Under the pieces are notes generated by a model. It did not search any database. It was given only the letters and a program-made list of their open reading frames with translations, and was not told the DNA's origin. Shown piece by piece: positions 1-9,456 of a DNA stretch of 64,000 nucleotides. The stretch's first letter is position 1; each line of letters starts with the position of its first letter. The position numbers were made by a program, and so were the translations under genes. Location of the stretch: assembly GCA_964019425.1 (NCBI GenBank), contig OZ025793.1, positions 558,001-622,000 on the forward strand, written 5' to 3'. The stretch comes from Flectonema sp. DT1601. Taxonomy: Eukaryota.

Positions 1-1
1 T

Positions 2-1197
2 CATCCTAGACATATGCCTCTTACTGAGGAAAATACAATTGAACAAGTGTCGTTGTTCGCTTCTAATCAGGCTCTTGGAGAACCTATTATCGAAGCATAT
101 GAACACTTGCCGGTAAAGAAAAGTCCGGTTCCTAAGGGAAAGGAAAACCCAATTGAAAATATGACGATGTTGATTCAGGTGGTTCACAGACAAATGGAGG
201 ACAGTGACACAGATGAATGTGATGAAGACGTTGATATTGTAACTGTTATCAGAATTCAAGCTACAGCAACAAACGCTGATCTTTATGAAGTTATTAGAGA
301 AGAGTTCGAGGATAGTGCTCTTCAGACTGTTTCATTCGAACGAGAGCCGTGTAAAGATTGTTCTCAATCAAAGTCTCTAATGATCATCTTCAACGATTGT
401 TGTGCAAAACAACAAGATCCTCAATATAAAAAAAGAAAAGAATTTTGTATATTGTCACAGAAACTCATCAGAGTTTATGCTCACTGGAATTACTCTTTTA
501 TACCAACACAGCCTTCTGACGTGAATCATAGTTCGGTAGCTTATGCATCTCAGCATCCATTATCATCATCAAACGTATTGTCACTTGACTACTGTCTTAG
601 GCAACACAACACAACCGAACAACTGGACTGGCACAATCCTTGGTTTTGTCCAAAGTGTAAGGCTCAACGATGTGCCTTCAAAACACTTTCACTTTGGAAA
701 CTACCACAATACCTCGTTATTCAGCTTAAGAAATTTTCGTTTAATTCTCATGGGTGTGTATAATTTTTATTTTTGTTTGAATGTATTTCTTGCACTTTAA
801 CAAAAAATAATGGATGGTTCCGTACACGCAAACAAGACATCAAGACATGTTCCAACGATTTTCTGTTTTGTTTAAAATTTTAAAAAAAAAAACAAAAAAA
901 AAAAAAAACAGCATTCGTCGTAAAATCGATGCGAGGATAACGTATCCAACAGATGGACTTGATATGCGGCCATATCTTGATGGTGCTGTAAGGGATGAAG
1001 TTGAAGATACAATTTACGATTTATACGCTGCTGTGCTGCATCATGGTAGTGTTAATGTAGGTCACTTCACAGCTATTGCAAAGAGCAACGGGCGCTGGTT
1101 CTATTTCGACGATGATTTGGTCGAAGAAATTGGATTGGAGGACGTCGTTGATTACAGCGCCTACTTGTTATTTTATGAAAAGAGAGGTCAAAAATAA
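2..1197 (+). CDS. Ubiquitin-specific protease (peptidase C19, USP4/11/15-like), C-terminal part; exons <2-753 and 912-1197
   Basis: Motifs WFCPKCK..AFKTLSLWKLPQYLVIQLKKF and His box YDLYAAVLHHGSVNVGHFTAIAK..WFYFDDD..SAYLLFYEKR. Intron 754-911 (GTGTGT..AAACAG) joins the two ORFs in frame (SHG|IRRKID). The frame is open to the window edge and the Cys box is not in the window. Confidence 0.9.
754..911 (+). other. Spliceosomal intron (158 nt, phase 2)
   Basis: GTGTGT donor and A-run+CAG acceptor; removal restores USP continuity. Confidence 0.9.
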
Positions 1198-2094
1198 TTT
1201 TATAATAATAATAATTTTCTTTTTTTTTCTTTCCTCCTTCCTGCATTCACGTTGATATTTACCAGGTAAGTAGATTGTCACCGAGCGCAATATCTTGAAC
1301 TTGTAACGAATATATCACTACTGCACAATCATATTTCATTCTGTATATTTTGTTTACACTGCTTAACTTTTTTTTTCGAGGTTCGTTTCCGTGTAGAGGG
1401 ACCCAACTTGAGATGAAGATGCCACAATATATAGCATCTAATTTGCGTTTTTGATGTTTTTGATGTTTTTTCTTTTTTTTTTTTTTTTAAAATATCGTTT
1501 TTTCTGTGTTGTTGCCATTTTTTTTTCCAGACAAGTGAGAACGAGAGTATTCTGCACTAAACAATGTTGGGGGGGCAGCACGGGGGTTTTCGTGTAAACA
1601 AAAACCATCAAAAAAACACAAGTGTTATATAATTCTATTTTTCTGTATAGTTTTTTTTATGCCAAGACATATACTATATATACTTCCAGAAATTTATTGC
1701 TGTAGTAGTGTAGCAGCATTCGTATCGAATCTCCTGATTGTATAATCGGGAAAAACGGTTTGACGTTATCTAATTTGTGTTCTTCGAGCCTCACATCCCT
1801 ATCCCTTCTGTTCTATTACAGCATTGAGAGACAACGTTTTGTTAACTCTTTTTTGGTTCGTAACAACAGTTTTTCTTTGTTAAACTCCATTTTAATTATA
1901 AAAAAATTTCTATTTCACAGGAACTCAGTTGAGGGAGGGGCGGGGCGAACACGATGAGTAATACAGCCCTAGTGATGTTCCGAGAAAGTTTTTTTTTATA
2001 TTTTCACCAATCATTTGTTTGATGTCCTGCAGGTAATAAATATTAACTTATTATTATTTCTAATAGTTTACCGTCACTCAACTCTTAACGAGAG

Positions 2095-2979
2095 ATGCTA
2101 ATGTCAAAAGGGTTTATTCCCTTAGCTGAGAGTTGCAGTGACTGTACTGACTCAGAGTTTGGAGACATGGTTCACAGTGTACACGGTGACAGCTATTTAT
2201 CAATGAAAGGAAGACAATCACCAATGTATAGTAGAAGACATGATAGTGATTGTTCACTGCCTGTTGAAATGTTTGAGTTGGAGTCGAGTGGAAATCCCGT
2301 TGGGAGACACTTTGACCCATTTTGTGACTCACAACGTGTTGCGATTATTGACGATGATGATCTTCCTGTAGAGATGATTACTCACCCGATATCGCCGTGT
2401 AGCGGTAGTAGTAGTTCTCCTGATGACTTGTGTGGGTCTCCAAACACAGAAGAATTACCTCCTGCTTATTGTCAAACCCCACCAGAGCATTCTGTTGGAA
2501 GGAGATCATCGTTTTCCAGAGTTCGATTTGAAAAAAATAGAATTGTCAGTCAGCAATTTTGTAACAAAAACAATAATAAACAATCACAAGAACCACAACC
2601 ACTACACTCAACAGTGAGTTTTGGATTTAGTAAGAGTGCCTTCATGAGACGACACCACTCAGTAACAGGAATATGTAAAAGAACATCAGTGATGTCAGGG
2701 GCTTCTGCTGCTGATTCTTGTTTAAGTGCATCATACATTCATGACGGAGATGCAATGGCTAGATACGGATCAATATTACTATCTAATTGTCAACATGCTG
2801 AGGAAACTGATAGCCCTTTACTATCTCGTACTGTTTCCGAATGTAGCTTTGATCTTGACGCTACTGTTATTACACTTCCTCAGATGGCTGATGACAATCC
2901 TTCTCAATTCTGTGATGATGATGATGATGATGATGATGATGACGATATGGAAGTTGAAGTACTTAACATTACTATGTAA
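2095..2979 (+). CDS. Hypothetical Ser/Asp-rich, probably disordered protein (294 aa)
   Basis: Long ORF in the cluster orientation with a poly-Asp tail; no recognisable domain. Confidence 0.7.
   Translation: MLMSKGFIPLAESCSDCTDSEFGDMVHSVHGDSYLSMKGRQSPMYSRRHDSDCSLPVEMFELESSGNPVGRHFDPFCDSQRVAIIDDDDLPVEMITHPISPCSGSSSSPDDLCGSPNTEELPPAYCQTPPEHSVGRRSSFSRVRFEKNRIVSQQFCNKNNNKQSQEPQPLHSTVSFGFSKSAFMRRHHSVTGICKRTSVMSGASAADSCLSASYIHDGDAMARYGSILLSNCQHAEETDSPLLSRTVSECSFDLDATVITLPQMADDNPSQFCDDDDDDDDDDDMEVEVLNITM
2912..2946 (+). repeat. (GAT)n microsatellite encoding poly-Asp
   Basis: About 10 consecutive GAT units. Confidence 0.9.
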
Positions 2980-3685
2980 TTATAGACTTATGAACCATAG
3001 TTCTTGGGATAATAACGTCATTTACCTGACTTGTGATGAGAGACTTATATAGACTATGAGTGATTCAATAATCACACAGCGGGTACTACGGATATCGGAT
3101 ACAAAGAGTCGACGGAGACTTTTCCATAAAAAGAAATCCAAATTGTTAACTCGCAGTTAGTTGCTGCCGGACCAACTGGAATGCCAGGTTTCGTTTTTTT
3201 TTCTTCTTTTTTTTTTTCGTTCTAATCTTTTTTTTTCTTTTTTTTTTTCCAGAATTATTCTGCGCATACTGGTATCTGCTTCCATGTGGCAGTCAGAATA
3301 TCTTAATATTTTCTTACCTTTCAAAAGTATGATAAACTGCGGAGCATGTACAACTTAATCGAAGCCCAACCTTGTCTGAAAATCCTGCATGTTTTGCTTG
3401 TGGTCTGTTACAAACGTGCTAAACATAACAAAAACGAACATGAGCGATAATTGACTCACTGCAATTATTTGTTTGACAAGATGGGAGACCAGCCGAAGTA
3501 GAGTGACTGGAAAGAGTCTTACAAAGATAATAAATAAAGTGAGATTCCAAACTTAGAATTGAATTTTCTTTTGGAGTTCGATTGAGTTGTACATGCCCGC
3601 AGTTTACCGTTGACCAGAACGAATGGTACCATACTTTTGACATTAAAACTCTCTTCGAACTTTGTTATTAATTTCTTTGTAATAA

Positions 3686-3808
3686 AAACTATTCAGATTA
3701 GCATATATTTCGTTGAACGCAGACGAAATCCTGTCTCAAATCATGAGACCAAAAGAAATACCGGCTTTCAATCTGAATAGTTTCTTCTCCGACTACGTCG
3801 GTACAAAA
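3686..3808. repeat. Short dispersed repeat with 14-bp inverted repeats (MITE-like), copy 1
   Basis: AAACTATTCAGATT (3686-3699) / AATCTGAATAGTTT (3770-3783); reverse-complement homologue at 61001-61124. Confidence 0.7.
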
Positions 3809-6800
3809 AATTAAAATAATAACGATTCTTGTGGTTTTCTAGGCAGATTATTATTAATAAAACGTTGCTTTTTTAGTATTCCTGTTTCAGGTGACCCTTT
3901 TATTTATGGCTACCTTGGCACTGTAGATAAACATACACTTCTTCACAACAAACGACTTTTTTCTGACCCCCTTTTTTTTTTTTTTCTTTTTTTTTGTAAT
4001 TTCCACAACGTTGTAGGGATAGAGATGGCTGGTTTTGTTTTTATTGGTTGCACCTTAACATGGTAGTCAGCCGCATTGTTGACAAAGAAAGATGGGCACA
4101 GTGAATCTCTCGCTGTTGTCCGAAGTCGACAAGCTTTATTATTATTATTTTTTTTATATTAACGTATCATTGTGAGAGCTGCAAAAAAGCATAATTTCAT
4201 TTTTTTTTTTTTTTTTTTTTTTGCGAAATCACCCCCCCTGTTGTTTGGGGTAGGATGTATGCCAATCAGTTGGCTATATTGCAGGATGTGAAAAGAGATA
4301 AAAAGAATGAAAAAAAAAAGGAAGAAAAAAAAAAAAAACGCGCCATTTATTTGTTTCGCTTTTTCCCCCTCCCGGCTTTTTTTTCCCGTTTTTTTTTGTC
4401 TTCGTCCTATCCACACATGTGAGGTGTTTACAGGGAAGCGGTTAACTTCTTTTGATAAAAAAAGAAACGTATGGGTCACCCTTGTAATTTAAATGAAGCA
4501 TTCATTGAATTTGTTGCCGATTTTTAGACCTTGAAGTGATAAACAGAAACTTCCAACAACTGCTTTAACTTGTGAGAACCTACCTAGTTTTGGACTCTCC
4601 CCGTCGTCACAAACTGAACATAATTGACTTATTTCGCCGCTACTGCACAAGATAGTAGTGTTGTGACTTCTTTCCTAGTTTTTTTTTTTTGTTGTAAAAT
4701 TCTTTGGCAACTAATCAAGTCTTATCTGCTGGTTAATATTTTAGGCAAGCCTTACGTCTGTCCCCGCAGACTGTAAAATATAGTTTGCAAACCTAAAAAA
4801 AAATAAAAAAAAATAAAAATTAAAGAAAATAAAATATTTAGACGGTGTGTTGCCATCAACTAAAAGCAGGCGGAGCTATCATACGATTGTTTGTCGCAAG
4901 CGGTGTTTAGCTCTGAGTTTAGCTTTTTCTTTTTGTTTCCTCCCTCCCGCCTTTCCCCAATTTTTTTCTTGTACGTAATGGTAATTTCGGAAACTGCCCG
5001 GTGGTCTTGTAATGTGGGTTTCCCCACTTTGCCTCAAAACTGAAAACAACTAAGAATGCGATCAGAATGAAACCTTTTCTGTATTCAGAACCTACTCTTT
5101 TGATATGATGCTTTCTATGTAGCGAAAGAATGTTCACCAAGCATGCGATGAAACACTAGGATGACACAAAGGACAGTGAGTTTAAATAGTCATTTGTTTC
5201 AGGTGTTTCAATGTCTCTTATCCTCTGTGAGAGTCTCACAGTTGGCTGGTAACGATCTAACAATTACCCCCCTGTTGAGCTTTTCCTGATTTTTGACTTC
5301 CTGCTTCCACAAACGATGCATCACAAAGATGATTAATAATAAAACTTTATAGTTGACCAATTTGGAGTAAAAAATTGTGGTCGAATTATTTCAGTTTTTT
5401 TTTTACTTTTCTTATTATAAGTTCTTAGATAACAAGAAGCCTCGTTATTCTGGAGGACTTTGTTTGAGAGGTGCAACCCACTGATTCGTTCGATGAAATG
5501 ATGACAAGTTGTACTTGTCTTCAGTGTTGTTGGTACTTTCTCGAGAACCTTTTCGTGTAGAACACGTATATAAACGAGTAGATGATGGGTAAGATTACGT
5601 ATTTCTGCGATGGCATTGTGACTACATGTTAATCAAGTCATACTGTGCTTTGAGAGTGAGGTCTCTCGATGCATATCTTTTTTTTTGTTTCTTCCACCCT
5701 CTATCCTGTTTTTTTTTTTTTTTTTTTTTTTTCCCCCGATATTTTTTCGTCAGTCTTTCTTTTAAAAGGTGTCTGATAGAAGACATATCAGCACTACTAT
5801 TTCCTACTCTGGAGCATGTAAAAGAGTTTTAGTATCGTTAATTAAACCACTTATATCACTCGTTTGGGTCGCCCCAACACACCTGCGACTAATCTACTTA
5901 ATTAAGCCTTTAGCAATACAATTCGTTGATTGGTTACGGGAATGCTTTTTTTACTCATAATCAAATCATCTTTTGTAGAGAACTGTGATGTACCATTTCA
6001 GAAAATTGTCGGACCTGTCAGTTGGCTGGGCTGACCCCATACATTTTGGTTTTGCTCAATCTTTTTTTTCTTCCTCTATTTCACTCATTTTTCCCTTTAT
6101 TAATTTTTTTTGATTAAAAAAAAGAGAGAATGTAAAGAAAATTTGTTTATGCTTAGTTCCTTTCACCTCCCCCCGTTTTCATATCATGGAGTTTTTTTTT
6201 TTTTTTTGCGTTATAGGTTCGGGTGTTTTTATTTCACATACATTGACTAATAACTGGTTGATAGTAGCATGTCAGTGACCAAATAGTCAATCACCAATGT
6301 ATCTATTTTTCGGTTTCTCTCCTCCCTTTCGTTCTCTTGTTTCCTCAGAGACTTTTTTTTTTTAATCTATTTCCTTTCACGCTGATAATAAGGGAAGGTA
6401 GTTTGCAGTCACAAAGCTTTATACGTGATGTTCACGGCGTGAATAGCACGAGCACCATAGCCATTCTCCTCCCCCTAAGGCAACCAGGTATGGCCGTAAC
6501 CCTTATCTCTTTTTAGTTTTTGCCAGTTTCAAGTTACTTTATATTAAATTACAGTACCAAAGCTACTCTCCTAGCAGCGATTGTTTCACGCTATCGAGAG
6601 AGCGTCGCATATTATTTAGTTTTTTTTCTATATTATATTTTTTTTTAAATTGCCTTCAAAGATATTTTACCCTCCCACAACACCAAGAAATACAACTAAA
6701 AGTGAGAAAAAAAAAAAAAAAAAAAACGAAAAAAAGAGAAAAAAAATAAAACCATTTCAGTGAAACAACTAGCTGGAGAGAGTCTTAAATTCTTCTTTTT

Positions 6801-6969
6801 CTGTAAGTTGACTCCCTGAATCATTGTGCATCCTATTGACATAACATTTCAGGGTGAATACTAGAAAAAAGAGAAAATTATCGATACCCAGGTTACTGTT
6901 ATAAAAAAAGTTAATTTATCCTTTCATCCTTTTCGGTTTATTAACATTCTCTCACAGGGAGGTACAGAA

Positions 6970-9177
6970 ATGCCCTCGCGAAAACAATATTCAACAAAGA
7001 CGGTGTTATTTGTATGTTTGGTAACTGTGGCAGTCTACCTCGTTGGGATTAACCATATTCAAGTCGCAGGATTACAAAATAAGAGAGAAAGGGAACGGTA
7101 TTCAGTTAAACTGAATGTAAAGACACAACCAACTGTTTTAAACAAAAGCAAACCACAACCTCTTAAGCCTAAAAATCAAACTAAATCAACGTCCAATACC
7201 AACAGTGAATGTGATGCAATTATTACCCTGATTGAAATTAATGATCTACTTGACTTCACTAAATACTCAAATCTATTAGAGTTTCACAGAGATGTCATTC
7301 TGCCTTTATTACACACTTGTAAAGAACAAGGGGCTACGTCTTCTCAGCAATGTTCCTTAAAATCGTCGTTTAATCTAAACGAGTTTCCTTTATTAAAATT
7401 ATTATTCGTAATTGAATGTCATAGTGACATAAAAGTATCTTTATCTCTGAAATCGTTGAAGTTTGATTTCACGTCTCGCATGCTGTACAGTAACTCTTTA
7501 CCTTTTACAATTGCTCGTCTAAGGGGACTGCCTTCAGAAAAATCATTCAACGATGGAAATAGAATATTGTTGATGGACCCTAATGATGGTAAGCAAACTT
7601 GGAAACCTCATCTAAAAAGTAATTTCAGTAAATTTGATTGGGATTTAACTGAGGTCACAGGCAGTAGTCTCGTGGATCAGTTGACAGCCGTAACATCGAG
7701 TAATGTGAATGCGGTAATTGGAACTCACAGTGAAATACTTGTCCTCGGGGCATATCAGCAATCTCGTTTAAAGATTGTGTTCTCGTTGTGTTATAGAGGC
7801 ATGACGTATCAAGAAAGACTTAAGCTTGAACAGTTCTTTACTGTCGCTGGTGTAAGGTTTATCGTTTACAGATCGATTCAAGATTCAGTTCAGGAAACGT
7901 CTGTTGTTGATCTAATGCCTGAATCGAAATTTAAAATTGCTCGTGACGAGATACCAAAAATAGTATCAGAAGTACTCTTGTATAATGAAATGCAATCATC
8001 TGTTTACAGAGAAAATCCGGTTGTTGAATTGATTTCAAAACACACTCCAGAACCAGCGTACTCTGGTGTCCGTTACGGAAAGCCTTGGGAAGGTTTTCCT
8101 GATACTGAAACCAACTTTGAAATTTATGCAGAAAAAACAAAGTACGATCCAGCACATTTCACCTTTGGTCCATTTGGAATCCAAAATGGTGATTTTATAG
8201 TCTTTGGAGACCAGGCTGAAAAATTAGACTTGCAAAGAAAGTATTTCGGAAAATACACAGAAAACGATGCGCATTACTATCCAGTTCGAGTCCGAGTTGA
8301 GAAGATTTTTTCGGTTGATCAATGTTCTAAGTATGTGGATGAGACATTACAAGTCCACTATCCCTGGGTCAGAGATAATATTTATCACTCCCACAATGAT
8401 AATTTTTGGCCTATTTTTTCAAGGATACTGAAGGACTCAAGTGGTAGTCAACATGCTATGCTTCTCTTAAAAACTAAACGAACAAACACACCAGTAACAG
8501 CGTATGCTGATATATTATCTCGTCTCTTTGTTTGGTCAAGTTGGTTGGAGGATTTACCTAAGGATGAAATGATCTGTTTTAAATCAGCTGTTTGGGGTCG
8601 ACCGAAAAGGCTTTTCAGCACACATTACAATGAAATGAAATATTATGGTACGAATCAAGTTTTAATGCATTGGACTCGGTTAGTTTATAAATGGTTTGCT
8701 ATTTCGATCGTACCTTGGAGAAAGCCAACTTCTAATAGCGATATCAAGGTGACTTGGCTTGATAGAAAAAAACCAAAAAGGGTTCTTAAAAACAGCGCTG
8801 TTCTAACGAAATCACTTGAATCACGAAAACTATCATACACAACTTGTTGTAATAATTTATCTTTTCAAGAGCAGGTGATGCTAATAAGTAACACAAACAT
8901 CTTAATTGGCACTCACGGAGCAGGTCTCCTTCATATTATTTTCCTCCAACCTGGTAGTTTGGTTTATCACTTATCACCGAGAAGATTAAACTACCACGAG
9001 CAAGTTGTGATTGAACGGATTGCTTTTGCTTCGAACATTTCATATCTGAACTCTCATTTGAATACAGGACCAGCTGAAGCAGCAACGTGGAATTCTAACT
9101 ATTTTAGCGTACCTCCAGAAGACTTACAAAGTGCTGTAGATGAAGCAATCGTGAGATATTACGTATTACATTCGTAG
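6970..9177 (+). CDS. Type II membrane glycosyltransferase, GT61 family (EOGT/xylosyltransferase-like)
   Basis: N-terminal TM anchor; NIYHSHND; C-terminal LSFQEQVMLISNTNILIGTHGAGLLHIIFLQPGS matches the GT61 signature. Confidence 0.8.
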   Translation: MPSRKQYSTKTVLFVCLVTVAVYLVGINHIQVAGLQNKRERERYSVKLNVKTQPTVLNKSKPQPLKPKNQTKSTSNTNSECDAIITLIEINDLLDFTKYSNLLEFHRDVILPLLHTCKEQGATSSQQCSLKSSFNLNEFPLLKLLFVIECHSDIKVSLSLKSLKFDFTSRMLYSNSLPFTIARLRGLPSEKSFNDGNRILLMDPNDGKQTWKPHLKSNFSKFDWDLTEVTGSSLVDQLTAVTSSNVNAVIGTHSEILVLGAYQQSRLKIVFSLCYRGMTYQERLKLEQFFTVAGVRFIVYRSIQDSVQETSVVDLMPESKFKIARDEIPKIVSEVLLYNEMQSSVYRENPVVELISKHTPEPAYSGVRYGKPWEGFPDTETNFEIYAEKTKYDPAHFTFGPFGIQNGDFIVFGDQAEKLDLQRKYFGKYTENDAHYYPVRVRVEKIFSVDQCSKYVDETLQVHYPWVRDNIYHSHNDNFWPIFSRILKDSSGSQHAMLLLKTKRTNTPVTAYADILSRLFVWSSWLEDLPKDEMICFKSAVWGRPKRLFSTHYNEMKYYGTNQVLMHWTRLVYKWFAISIVPWRKPTSNSDIKVTWLDRKKPKRVLKNSAVLTKSLESRKLSYTTCCNNLSFQEQVMLISNTNILIGTHGAGLLHIIFLQPGSLVYHLSPRRLNYHEQVVIERIAFASNISYLNSHLNTGPAEAATWNSNYFSVPPEDLQSAVDEAIVRYYVLHS

Positions 9178-9456
9178 CGTAACAATTTGATGCCTATTAG
9201 GGTTGATTATTAATTCTAACTGTCTAAATGTTTTTATTTTAATTTTTTTAATTTTTTTTATAAATTATTGTAATGTCGCTCTCTGTTTTTCACAGTTTCA
9301 CAAAATCTATGAAATCGTTTGTTGCGGCTCTCTATCTACTTGAAAACATGATCAGTCAAGTACGCAGTCCTTTAGTGACACAGTTGCTGTTTTTGTTAAG
9401 TTTTATCTCATCTCAGATCTGAGGCACACACCAAAAAAAAAAAAAAGAAAAAAATA

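Noticed and set aside
5497..5600. C/D snoRNA at ATGATGA (also GTGATGA near 3033 and 15844)
   Set aside because: No CTGA D box at a suitable distance.
4159..5960. Short Phe- or Lys-rich ORFs in intergenic DNA (also 59431-63183)
   Set aside because: Translations of homopolymer tracts.
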